From Nitrospirota bacterium (lineage in GTDB: Bacteria; Nitrospirota; Nitrospiria; Nitrospirales; Nitrospiraceae): a stretch of 64,000 bases of DNA. Under the pieces are notes generated by a model. It made no database searches. It saw nothing but the letters and a program-made list of their open reading frames with translations, and was not told the origin of the DNA. The DNA is taken from contig CAVPGK010000010.1 of NCBI GenBank assembly GCA_963703955.1, positions 32,001 through 96,000 of the forward strand, read 5' to 3'. Below, in pieces: positions 42,148-53,532 of this stretch. Positions within the stretch are counted from its first letter, which is position 1, and each line of letters begins with the position of its first letter. A program made the translations under genes and the position numbers.

Positions 42148-44619
42148 TTACGTCACCGGGCACGGCTTCACATCCCAGATTTCCGCTGCATACTCCGCGA
42201 TCGTCCGGTCGCTCGAGAATTTGCCGGAACTAGCGACATTGAGGATCGCTTTCCTCGTCCACTCAGAGGGGACAGCGTAGAGCCGCCCCACTCTCTCCTG
42301 GGCCTCGCTGTACGATTTCAGATCGGCCAGGTGCATGTAATGGTCGCCGTGCGTCAGCAAGGCCTCGCGGATGGGAGTGAAGACTCCGGGCTCATTCCGG
42401 CTGAAATGGTCTGAAAAGATCAGATCCAGCGCCTCACGCGTGTCGGGCTCGTGTTCATAGTGCCACCACGGGTTGTACCAGCTGTGGCTATTCGCGACTT
42501 GTTCGGCGGTGAGGCCACAGAGAAAGACGTTCTCCTCGCCGGCCTCCTCCGCGATCTCGATCGTCGCGCCGTCGCGGGTACCGATAGTCAGCGCACCGTT
42601 CATCATGAACTTCATGTTGCTCGTCCCGCTGGCTTCATAGCCGGCGGTCGAGATCTGTTCCGAGACGTCGCTGGCCGGGATCAGGCGTTCGGCTATGGAG
42701 ACGGAATAATCGGGCACGAAAACGACTTTCAGACGTCCGCCCACTGCGGGATCGCCCTTGATGGTCCCCGCGAGATTGTTGATGAACTTGATGATGAGCT
42801 TGGCGAGCGCATAGGCGGGAGCCGCTTTGCCGGCGAAGAGAAACGTTCGGGGAGCGAAGTCGAGACGCGGATTTGCGCGCAGACGGTTGTACAGTACGAC
42901 GATGTGCAAGGCATTGAGGAGCTGCCGCTTGTATTCATGGATGCGCTTGATCTGGCTATCGAACATCGTGTCGGGATCGACGACCTCACCGGTCGCCGCT
43001 TTCAGCCAATCCACGAACTGCGTCTTGGCTTCACGTTTGGCCTTGCGAAAGGCGTCCTGAAAGCTGCTGTCGTTGGCGAGCGGCTTCAACCGGGCCAGTT
43101 GGCTTAGGTCTGTGATCCAGCCATCGCCGATCGCGTCAGTGATCACTCGCGCCCATGTGGGATTGCAGAGCAGCAACCAGCGACGTGGGGTGACCCCGTT
43201 GGTCTTGTTGTTGAAGCGTTTCGGGAACATCTGGGCAAGGTCCTTGACAGTCATCGTCCGCAGCAGTTCTGAGTGAATGGCCGCAACACCGTTGGTGCTA
43301 TGTGAGCCGACGATGGCGAGATGCGCCATGCGCACCTTCGGGTCCGTGCCTTCCTCGATGAGACTGACGCGGTTCAGACGGGCTTCGTCGCCCGGGAACT
43401 GGGCACGGACCGAGCCGAGGAAGCGCCGGTTGATCTCGCAAATGATCTCCGCCAACCGCGGGGCCCACATTTCAAACAAGTCGAGCGGCCATTTCTCGAG
43501 CGCTTCCGGCAACAGTGTATGGTTCGTGTAGGCCATCGTACGTTCGGTGAGATCCCAGGCTTGCTCCCAGCTGAGGTGTGCTTCATCGAGCAGGATCCGC
43601 ATGAGCTCAGCCACGGCCATCGCAGGGTGCGTGTCGTTCAATTGAATGGCGGCCTTATCTGGCAAGGCACTCCAGTCGCCATTGATCCGTCGGAAGCGGC
43701 GAATGAGATCGGCGAGTGAGCACGCGACGAGGAAATACTCCTGCACGAAGCGCAGCCGCTGTCCCACACTGGTGGAGTCGTCCGGGTACAGCACCCGCGT
43801 GATCGATTCCGATGCCACCGTTTGGGTCAGCGCGCCAACGAAGTGACCGCGGCTAAATTGCTGCAAATCAAAATAGTCCGGCGTGGCGGCGGACCAGAGA
43901 CGCAGCGTATTGATCGTCTTCCCGCCATAGCCGATCACCGGCCGGTCGAACGGAATGCCGAGCAGGAGTGCCGGCCGTCCGATGACCGGCCGCAGTTCAC
44001 CCTCGTGGAGGTCGACTGACGAGTGCAAATGGACTTCAACGGCTTCTTCCAGTCGGGGCACCTCCCAGGGATCGGGACGCCGCAACCAGTTGTCGGCTTG
44101 CTCCACTTGCCAGCCGTCCTTGATGCTCTGTTTGAACATGCCGTATTCGTAGCGCAGACCGTACCCCATCCCTGGCAGCCCGAGCGTGGCCATCGAATCC
44201 AGGAAGCAGGCGGCCAAACGACCGAGGCCGCCGTTCCCGAGTCCGGCGTCGGGCTCCGTCTCGACCAAGCCCGGATCGACATGGCCTTTCTTCTTCATGA
44301 TCTCGAGCGTGATGTCCAGCAGCCGCGCATTGACGACGTTGTTGGCCAGTACGCGCCCTAGGAGGAACTCCATGGACAGGTAGTACACGCGCTTGGGATT
44401 CTTCCGCTCATACGTCTTCTCCGTTAGGAGCCATCGCTGCGAGATGACGTCCCGGATCGAGCGGGCCAGGGCTTCGAACTGCGCTCGCGGTCTGGCTTCC
44501 TCCGGATCGATCACCGCGTCGAACACCAGATGTCGTTCATAGAGTGCGTCGTCTGTCCCGTAGAACTCGACCGGCCCGCATCCATATTGTTTGCGAAATT
44601 TCTCGAAGCGGTCGTTCAT
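42148..44619 (-). CDS. glgP: Glycogen/starch phosphorylase
   Basis: YLSMEFL, GLGNGGLGRLAAC, QLNDTHP, NKTNGVTPRRW, KRIHEYKRQ, EASGTSNMKF (PLP lysine), FSSDRTI. Confidence 0.97.
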   Translation of the reverse strand: MNDRFEKFRKQYGCGPVEFYGTDDALYERHLVFDAVIDPEEARPRAQFEALARSIRDVISQRWLLTEKTYERKNPKRVYYLSMEFLLGRVLANNVVNARLLDITLEIMKKKGHVDPGLVETEPDAGLGNGGLGRLAACFLDSMATLGLPGMGYGLRYEYGMFKQSIKDGWQVEQADNWLRRPDPWEVPRLEEAVEVHLHSSVDLHEGELRPVIGRPALLLGIPFDRPVIGYGGKTINTLRLWSAATPDYFDLQQFSRGHFVGALTQTVASESITRVLYPDDSTSVGQRLRFVQEYFLVACSLADLIRRFRRINGDWSALPDKAAIQLNDTHPAMAVAELMRILLDEAHLSWEQAWDLTERTMAYTNHTLLPEALEKWPLDLFEMWAPRLAEIICEINRRFLGSVRAQFPGDEARLNRVSLIEEGTDPKVRMAHLAIVGSHSTNGVAAIHSELLRTMTVKDLAQMFPKRFNNKTNGVTPRRWLLLCNPTWARVITDAIGDGWITDLSQLARLKPLANDSSFQDAFRKAKREAKTQFVDWLKAATGEVVDPDTMFDSQIKRIHEYKRQLLNALHIVVLYNRLRANPRLDFAPRTFLFAGKAAPAYALAKLIIKFINNLAGTIKGDPAVGGRLKVVFVPDYSVSIAERLIPASDVSEQISTAGYEASGTSNMKFMMNGALTIGTRDGATIEIAEEAGEENVFLCGLTAEQVANSHSWYNPWWHYEHEPDTREALDLIFSDHFSRNEPGVFTPIREALLTHGDHYMHLADLKSYSEAQERVGRLYAVPSEWTRKAILNVASSGKFSSDRTIAEYAAEIWDVKPCPVT

Positions 44620-46760
44620 AAGACCTCCGCGGCAGAATTCAAGAGTTGTTGTCGTCCAGGGAAGGGCGTGCTCTGCCCGGCGACGCTCGTCCTGAATGCG
44701 AACAAACCGACCACCGATCGCGGTTGAACCACATAAGTCTCACCCGGAAGGAGCGGCGCGTCAGGCCCGTCACAGATGTCATCCGGCGACTCCAGAGAGG
44801 TGTCTATGGCGCGACGCCACCCCTGGTGCGTCCCCGCCGCGCGTGGCGGCAGCTCGAATGTGAGTGGCTCCCAATAGGCATTGAACATGAGGTGGACGAG
44901 AAACCGACCGTCAAGGGTGCTGGCCGTCGCGGCCAGGCTGTGGGATTCATCGCTCCAGTCTGGCCGATCGAGCTTGCAGCCCATGCCACTCGATTCTGGC
45001 CCGGCGAAGGACCTCGTTCAGGGTCCAACCGCTCCTCCTTCGCGCCAAATCCGCATGCATGCGCATCAGGAGCAGAAGCCGCACGAAACGATGAATGTCG
45101 GCATGCGTCTGCAGGTCCGTCCAGTCGAACCAGCTAATCTCATTGTCCTGGCAATAGGCGTTGTTGTTCCCACGCTGTGTGCGCCGGACTTCGTCGCCCA
45201 TGAGCAAGAGCGGCGCGCCGGCCGGTAGTAGGGTCAGCGCCAGGAAGTTTTTGACTTGCCGGTTGCGCAGGCGCTCGATGGCCGGATCGTCGGTCGGCCC
45301 TTCCACGCCGCAGTTCCAGCTCAGGTTGTCGTCGCTTCCGTCACGATTGCCCTCGCCGTTCGCCTCGTTGTGTTTCTCGTTGTACGACACCAGGTCATTC
45401 AACGTGAACCCGTCATGGCAGGTGATGAAATTGATGCTCTTCTCCGGCTCTCGTTCCTGCGCGCCATAGAGATCCGGACTGCCTTGCAGCCTCCGAGCGA
45501 GGCGGGTAACGGTCCCGCGGTCCCCCTTCATGAAGCGGCGAACGTCATCCCGAAATTGCCCATTCCACTCTTTCCAGCTATCGCCGACGAACGAGCCCAC
45601 CTGATACAGGCCCGCGGCATCCCAGGCTTCCGCAATGAGCTTCGTCCCCGCCAGGACCGGATCCGATTCGATGTCCCACAGGATCGGCGGATTGGCCAGC
45701 GGCCGGCCATCCTCGCCGCGGGAGAGAATCGAGGCCAGGTCGAAACGAAAGCCGTCAATGTGCATCACTTCAACCCAGTAATGAAGACTGTCAAGGATCA
45801 AACGGCGGACAATAGGCTGATTCGCATTCAAGGTGTTCCCGGTGCCGGTATAGTTGGCATAGCGAGATCGGTCCTCCTCCAAGATGTAATAGGCCCTGTT
45901 GTCCAAGCCGCGGTAGCACAGCGTCGGCCCGGCATGGTTGCCCTCCGCCGTATGGTTGAAGACGACATCGAGGATGATCTCAATGCCGGCCCGATGAAGC
46001 GCCTTCACCATGTCGCGAAACTCGTCGATCGGGCCCAGATGATCCTTGCGGGAGCTATATCGGTGATGCGGCGCGAAGAACGACACGGGGCTATAGCCCC
46101 AGTAGTTCACCAGGCCATCCGGAGCGTCCTGCTCGTCAAACTGAAAGACCGGGAGCAGTTCCACTGCCGTCACGCCGAGGTCTCGAGATACGGAATCTTG
46201 TCGATCAACCCCCGATACGTGCCTCGTGTTTCGGGGGGCAGACCGGAGCTGGGATGACGGGTAAACCCTCCCACATGCATCTCATAGATGACGGTCTGGG
46301 CAAACGGCCGGTTCAGGGGCACATCCCCTTCCCAGTCATACCCACTGGGATCAGCCACCACGCTCTTCATCGCGGTCGCGCAATTGTCACCCGGTTCGGA
46401 GGCGCTGAGGCGGCTGTAGCGTGCCGGAACGACCATCGCCTTTCCGTACGGGTCGAACAGCACCTTCCCAGGATCGAATCGAAGGCCTCGCTGGGGCTCG
46501 AACGGGCCGAACGCGCGGTACCCGTAAATCTGTCCCTCCTGAATTCCCGGAACGAAGACGTGCCAATAGTGATACGTCCGGTTCCGGGAGGGCTCGAGCG
46601 GAATTGCGGTCGTCGGTTTCGCATCGTCGACCCGATCAAAGAGGAGCAGTTCGAGGGCCGTGCTGTTCTTAGAGAACACGCTGAAATTGACGCCCTCCGG
46701 GTCGATCGTGGAGCCCAGCGGATAGCACTGGCCGGGCGTGATTCTCGGATCGCCATTCAT
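44616..46760 (-). CDS. glgX: Glycogen debranching isoamylase GlgX; frameshifts near 46185 and 44980
   Basis: GVNFSVFS, YEMHV, NYWGY, DVVFNHTAEG, DGFRFDLA, AEAWD, CHDGFTL, GNNNAYCQDN across three collinear ORFs. Confidence 0.93.
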
Positions 46761-46799
46761 CGGCCGCCTCTCATCGCCGCAACTGGGCGATACGCGCTG

Positions 46800-47111
46800 T
46801 CATGCCGGTACCGCCCACTTCCAGTCGCGGACTTCGGGCATATCGTCTCCGTACTTGCAGACATACGCCTTGTGGTCCAACAGCTTTTCGCGGATGGCCT
46901 GTTTGGCGTACGCAGTCCGCGAGCCGAGCTGCGGGAGGCGGTCGACCACATCGCCAGCCAAATGGATGTCCAGGTCGTTCACGACGACCATGTCGAACGG
47001 CGTGCTGGTCGTGCCTTCTTCCTTGTAACCGCGCACATGCAGATTGTGATGGTTCGGCCGTCGATAGGTCAGCCGGTGGATCAACCAGGGATAGCCGTGG
47101 AACGCGAAGAC
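46800..47111 (-). pseudogene. xfp: C-terminal remnant of a second phosphoketolase
   Basis: [39 protein letters not shown]...[12 protein letters not shown] closely matches the end of 33044-35452. The rest of the gene is absent. Confidence 0.9.
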
Positions 47112-47166
47112 TCCGATTCCGGCTGGGAGGCTCAGGCTGAACATCTGCATTCTGTTCCCCTCTGCC

Positions 47167-47511
47167 TCACCGTGAAAGAGACCGTACATACGCGAGCACT
47201 TCGCGGGCCTCCTCATCGGAAAGCGCCCACTTCCACGCTCCCATCGCCGTATTCGGGCGACCATCATGGATCGTCTTGAACAAGTCGGCATCGAGCTTTT
47301 TCTGCACGGAGGGGGAAGTCAGATCGGCGGGTGGTGGATTGAGCACACGATAGCCATCCCCTTTGCCCCCCTGGCCATGACACACGAGACAGTTTTCCTC
47401 GTACAGCCGCTTTCCCTTGGATGTATCGCCCTCAATAGCCAATACGCCGCATCCCTGGAATGCCGACGTGAATACGATAAGGATGACCACTGCGGGAGTC
47501 AACCCGTTCAT
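47167..47511 (-). CDS. Monoheme c-type cytochrome (class I), possibly a lipoprotein
   Basis: Signal peptide, [21 protein letters not shown] axial Met, LSDEE...VLAYVRSL. Confidence 0.88.
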   Translation of the reverse strand: MNGLTPAVVILIVFTSAFQGCGVLAIEGDTSKGKRLYEENCLVCHGQGGKGDGYRVLNPPPADLTSPSVQKKLDADLFKTIHDGRPNTAMGAWKWALSDEEAREVLAYVRSLSR

Positions 47512-47597
47512 GTTCGACTCTCTTTCTGCACCCACTTTCGGTATTGATCGTCGCGTTCGTCTTACAGGCTCCCTTGATTTTGGCGGACGGCGTTTGA

Positions 47598-48585
47598 TCA
47601 AAAGTTCAAATACAGCCCGAGACCGACCTGCTCGATCTTCAGGGCGAAGAACTGCCCGTAAGGAGCGTAGCCATAATAGTAGTTCAGGAGCAGCCTGAAG
47701 CGGCGGTCGGCGCCAGCCTTCGACCATTCCAGGCCAGCAAGGACATTGGTGTTAATGCTCCAATCCAGTTCCTCCCAGGTGTGAAAATTCGATCCCAACA
47801 CCGGGGTGAGGCGAAGCCCGGGCAGTCTCAATATCGGCGCTGCGATGGTCGGCCCCCGCAGCTCGAATCCCCACTGCACTCCATTCTTGTCCAGGGTTGA
47901 GGGTGAGACGTGCACCAAATAGGTTCCTCCGGCGTACACCCGTCCCCACCCTCCTGGCGCATCGAGGGACAGGATCGCCTCAAGCGCCTCGAAACTCAGG
48001 TCCACCCGAGTGACGCCGGGATTGCGCAACAAAAACTCATCCCCCAGGTGGCTGCTGTTATGGTAGACGCGCACACGGGTCGAGAAGAGCCCGCTCCGCC
48101 ACGAGACAGGAATTCCGATGTTATAATCTGCATTGAGAAGGTCGTTGGAGCCTGAATCCAAATTGAATTGGGCAAAGACGGCGCCGAGAACGCCGACCTG
48201 CCAGCCATTACAGCCATGGCGCCGTCCAACTAGACCAAAGTTATCGCCAAAGCCGACCGACGCCAAGATTGAGATAGGTGTCGTCGGACAATTGCGGGTC
48301 CGCCAGAAAGGCGGCGAAAAACTGTGGCTGCTTCGGATCGGCCAAGAGCGGCCGAAAGACATCGTTCTCCGGAAAGAGCTTCCAACCCAGAAGAGCCACC
48401 GTTGGCTGAAGATCCTTGCCAATCCCTTCATAGCGACAGTCCCTCTTCGTCGAGTCGCTGACCGCCGATCTCTTCGCCAGACACCGGAATCGCGTTAACT
48501 GGGCACGAAACCTCGATCACCGAACCGAACAGAAGCCATGCCCGAAGACGTCGCTCTCCTGTCCTTCCGTCACTAAAGGACTCAT
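47598..48585 (-). CDS. DUF1207-like outer-membrane beta-barrel protein; N-terminus frameshifted
   Basis: FRPLLADPKQPQFF, DLLNADY, YHNSSHLGDEF, PYGQFF, terminal aromatic residue F. Start is uncertain. Confidence 0.7.
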
Positions 48586-48637
48586 TCGAATCCTCTCCTT
48601 GATCGGACACCAGAAGAAGAAACTGGCCCCGCCTCTC

Positions 48638-49770
48638 TCAGCTTTGGGCGGCGAGGCTGGCCCGGAAACGCAACAACGCGACGACGAAAAACACCAGCCC
48701 GAGGCCCACAATCGCCGCAAGCTGAGGCCAGACCACATCGAAGTCGGCGCCGCGATACAGGATGGCCTGTGCCAACGCGGTGAAATGCGTCGTGGGCGCC
48801 ACGAGCATGATGTGTTGGACGATCTCCGGCATGCTTTCGCGCGGCGAATAGCCGCCGGACAGCATTTGCAGCGGCAAGATGACGATGAATCATCAGCAGT
48901 CCGAACTGCGGCATGGACCGGGCAATTGTCGCCAGAAGGATGCCGATCGACGTGGTCGAGAACAGGTGCAGCATCGCGCCGAACACGAACAACAGGATGG
49001 AGCCGGCGATGGGCATCTCCAAGGCTCCCTCGATGACGAAGCGCAAGGACAGCGCCGGCGCGATGAGCACCACGAGACCGTTCGCCCAGACCTTGGCGGC
49101 CATGATCTCGAACGGGGTGAGCGGCATGACCAGGAGGTGCTCGATGGTGCCGTGTTCGCGTTCCCGGATGACGGCGGCGCCGGTCAGGATGATCGAGAGC
49201 ATGGTGACCTGATTGATGAGCTCCACCACGCCGCCGAACCAGATGCCGTTCAGGTTCGGATTGAACTTCACGCGTTGTCACAAGCCTGATCGGCAGGGCG
49301 GCGTCGGTCCGGCGTCGCTGGACGAACTCGTCCACTTGTCCGGTGACGATGCTCCGGATGTAATTCTGGCCGATGTAGGCTTGGCTCATCCGTGTCGCAT
49401 CGATGTTCACCTGGAGGATTGGTTGTCTCCTCGCCAACACGTCTTCCTGAAAGGAGGGAGGAATGTCCACCACGAAGCTGTACGTTCCCGAATCGAGGCC
49501 CGGGTCGATCTCATCTTTTGAGATCGAGTGGGGGTTCTGGAAATATGGGGGATAGAATGCGGTGAAGATGCGTCCCGAGAGCGGCGTATGATCCTCGTCC
49601 ACGATGGCGATCGAGGCGTTGCGAAGCTCTCGCGACAACGCCTGCGCGCTAGAGTAAATCACGACGGTGAACATGGCGCCGATGAGCATCAAGAGCACGG
49701 TGTCCTGCCGCAGGCTGTACAACTCTTTGATGCCGAGTCGAATGATATTGGTCAGGTGCCTCATGGTCAT
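48638..49770 (-). CDS. ABC-2 permease YhhJ-like; frameshifted
   Basis: RLGIKELYSL, VDED, NIDATRMSQA, REREHGTIEHLLVMP, ARSMPQFGLL, LSGGYSPRESMP. Confidence 0.88.
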
Positions 49771-52529
49771 GTGCCTTGTTTCTTGAGAAACACCATGCTG
49801 AACATGGTCAGAATGGGAATGTATGCTGCCAGGATCAGCACGAAGGGGTAAAGGTCGGCGAAATCGAGCGCTTTTGCGAACGTGCCTCGGGTGATCACCA
49901 TGAAATAGGTTGCCGGCCAGATCGTCGCAATGAACGCGCCAAATCCTTCGAGCGACGAGACGGGAGTGGACATCCCGGAAAAATTCGTCGTGGCGCTCAT
50001 ACTCAGGATGGCGGTGCCGGCGAGCGCCGCGATCTGCGTCCGGGTGAAGGCGGACATGAGCAAGCCGACCCCGGTCGTCACGGTCACGTACAGGAGTCCT
50101 GCCAGCGTGAGGCAGGCAAAGCCGCCCTTGAGTGGGATGTGGAACAGATACACCGCCATCGCCACCAGCCCGAAGAAGCTCACCATGCTGACGGCGATAT
50201 AGGGCAACTGTTTGCCGAGCACGAACTCCAGGCGCGTGGTCGGCGTCACATAGAAATTGGTGATGGACCCCAGCTCCTTCTCCCGCACCACTGAGAGCGC
50301 CATCATGACGGCCGGGATCATCATCACCAGAAGCGGAATGATGGTGGGGACCATCGCATCAAGACTCTTGAAGTCCTGGTTGTACCGGTACCGGAAAGCG
50401 AGACGGGCGAAGCCGCCTTCGCGGCACAATGCCCAAGGTACGCTGAGCGACATCGGACAAGTACTGGTAATGCATGCCGTGGACGTATCCCTTGATCGTC
50501 TCCCCACGGAAGGGATCGGCCCCGTCGATCCACACGCCGACCTCCGGCCGGCGTCCCGCTTGAAGATCCCGGCCATAGCCCGGCGGGATTTCCACGGCCA
50601 GGCTGACCTCGCCGCTCTGCATGCGGCGTTCCAGCTCCACATCGTCGTGCAGCGGCGGGCGTTCGATGAAGTAGTACGAGCCACTGATGTTCCGAATGTA
50701 GTCACGGCTCTCGTACGTTTCGTCACGATCCAAGGCTGCGAAACGCAGGTTCTCGACGTCAAAGCGTGATGCCGTATCCGAAAATGAACATCAGCAACAC
50801 GCTGCCGAGCAGCGCCGCCGTCATCCGGATGGGGTCTCTCTTGAGCTCCATGCTTTCCCGCATGGCGATGGCGAAAAAACGGCGGAAACTAAACCCGCCG
50901 CTGGCATGAGGTCGTGAGGCTGCCGTTTCTGTCGCGCCCTGGACGCTTCCGACGGTTTCCTCCTCGACCTCTTCCTCGACCACCTTGCCGCCGGCTTCCT
51001 CAAGGTAGCTGATGAAGGCGTCTTCGAGATTCGCCATGCCGCGATTGCGGACCAGTACAGCCGGCGGATCGCTCACCAGCACACCTCCCGCGTGCATCAG
51101 CGAGATGCGGTCGCACCGCTCGCCCTCGTTCATGAAATGGGTGGAGATGAAGATCGTCACATTATCCTTGCGCGAGAGTTCGATCAACAGCTCCCAGAAG
51201 CCGTCACGGTTCACAGGGTCCACCCCCGATGTCGGCTCATCGAGGATCAACATCTCCGGTTGGTGGACCACGGCCACCGCAAGCGACAGGCGCTGACGAA
51301 TCCCAAACGGAAGTGCCTGCGCGAGCTGGTCCAGATAGTCTTGCAGCGTGAACCGTTCGGTCAGTTCCGCCACACGTCCGGGGATCCGCTCCGGCGGGAG
51401 ATGGAAGAGCTGGGCGTGGAGCTCGAGGTTCTGGCGCACCGTCAGTTCTCCGTACAGGGAGAAGGCTTGCGTCATGAAACCGACCCGTTTCCGCGTCTCG
51501 AGATCTCGCGGGTTCACCGGTTGACCGAACAGCCACGCCTTCCCCTCGGAGGCGGGCAGGAGCGCGGTGAGCATCTTCATCGTGGTCGTCTTGCCGCAGC
51601 CGTTGGAACCGAGAAAGCCAAAGATCTCGCCCCGCTCGATACGGAAGCTCACGTGATCGACGGCGGTAAAATTGCCGAACCGCATGGTCAGGCCCTCGGC
51701 CTCGATCGCCGGCGGACCTTCCGGCGCCTGGCGAGGTGGAATCGTGATCGCCTTGTGGCCGCGGCGCTTTTCTTCAGGCAGCAGCGCGATGAAGGCCTCC
51801 TCCAACGTGCGCGCCCCGAAACGCGCCTTCAGCTCCGTCGGGAGTGCCGGTCGCCAAGACCTTTCCCGGCGTCCATGGCCACGAGCCAGTCGAACCGCTC
51901 GGCCTCTTCCATATAGGCGGTGGCGACCAGCACGCTCATCCCGGTGCGCCGGATGCGGATGCGGTCGATCAGCTCCCAGAACTGCCGGCGCGACAATGGA
52001 TCGACGCCCGTGGTCGGCTCATCCAGGATCAAAAGATCAGGGTCGTGGATCAGCGAGCAGCAGAGGCCGAGCTTCTGTTTCATCCCGCCGGACAGTTTTC
52101 CGGCGGGGCGGTCGCGAAACGGCGTGAGACCCGTGCTCTGCAACAACTCATTGATCCGCCAGTCCCGCTCTTCGCGGCCTTGACCGAAGAGTCGGCCGAA
52201 GAAATCCGCGTTCTCGAAAATGGACAGCGTGGGATACAGAGTTTCCGCCGAGTCCCTGTGGCATATAGGCGATTCGTGGGTAGACCTTACGGCGATATCT
52301 GCAGCCGAGCTCATGTCGCCGCCCAGGACTTCGACCCGGCCGCTTTGGATTTTCTTCGCGCCGGCGATCAATCCCAGCAGGCTCGATTTACCGACGCCGT
52401 CCGGACCGATGAACCCCACCATGCGACCCGGCGGAATCTACGACCGTCACGGCATCGAGCGCGATCGTGTTCCCGTAGCGGTGGGTGACCGCCTCAACCC
52501 GCGCAGACTGGTGCAGGTACGTCACTCAT
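49767..52529 (-). CDS. rbbA: RbbA-like protein (two ABC ATPase domains plus permease); frameshifted
   Basis: [64 protein letters not shown]. Confidence 0.88.
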
Positions 52530-53518
52530 GGCGACAGCTTGGCTTCAAGATAGGCGGCCATTGAGCGGCCCATCGAGTTGCACGTAGGCGATGCCCGGAA
52601 GTCCCGGCTTCACCATCGCCTCGTGGCCCTTGACCAAATTCGCATCAATCTGCACTTTCACCCGGAACATCAGTTTCTCCCGCTCCGTCATGGTCTCCAC
52701 ATCCTTCGGGGTGAACTGGGCCTTGTCGGCGACGAATGTGACGGTTGCCGGAACCACTACGTTCGGTAGCGCGTCGAGCGTAATCCGTGCCTGTGCGCCC
52801 AACGGCACTTTCCCCGCCAAGGCTTCGGGCAGGAACACGTACATGTAGACATCGGTCGGGTCCACGACGGTCAGCACCCTTGCCGCCCGCCTGGCAGCAC
52901 TTCCCCCGGCTCAGCCAGTCGATACTGCACTCGGCCGTCGCGCGGGGCTTTCAGGATGCTGTCCTTGAGGTCCGCCTGAATGCGTTCGGCTCTCGGCGAT
53001 GGCCGCCGTGATCGATGCTTCGGCTTCAGCCAATTGCGCCTCAGCCTGCGTGGTCGACGCTTCGGCCGTTTTCATCGCGGTCTGTGCGCGGTCGTAGTCC
53101 TTCACCGAAATATTCGCTTGCACGTACAGGCCGCGGGCGCGATCCAGATCGCGTGAGGCCAGGAGTTGCTCGCTCTGCCGTTGCGCGATCAACGCCTTGG
53201 ATGTGAGTCGTTTCTTTCGAGCCTCCTCGACTTTGGCTTCTGCTTGCCGCAGTTGAGCTTCCAGCGAACTGGTGTCCATACGGACCACAACCTGCCCGGC
53301 CTGGACCGGATCGCCTTCATCGACGAGTACTTCCTTAATGCGTGCGTGGAACTTCGTAGCCACGTGAATCTCCTTCACCTCCAGCCGCCCGTTCCCGCTC
53401 ACGATGCCGACGAGCGGCGGGGTGCGAAAATACAGCCACCACACGGCGCCCCCTGCCGCGGTTAACAACAGGCGAGTGCTGCTATGATAATGGGCCGGGA
53501 AATCTTCAGCTTCGACAT
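52526..53518 (-). CDS. HlyD-family secretion adaptor (YhiI-like); frameshifted
   Basis: N-terminal TM helix, [40 protein letters not shown]. Confidence 0.85.
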
Positions 53519-53532
53519 GGGCGCTCCTCTCC

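Noticed and set aside
47112..47165. Possible additional N-terminal xfp fragment ([10 protein letters not shown] versus [10 protein letters not shown])
   Set aside because: Similarity is too short and weak to support.
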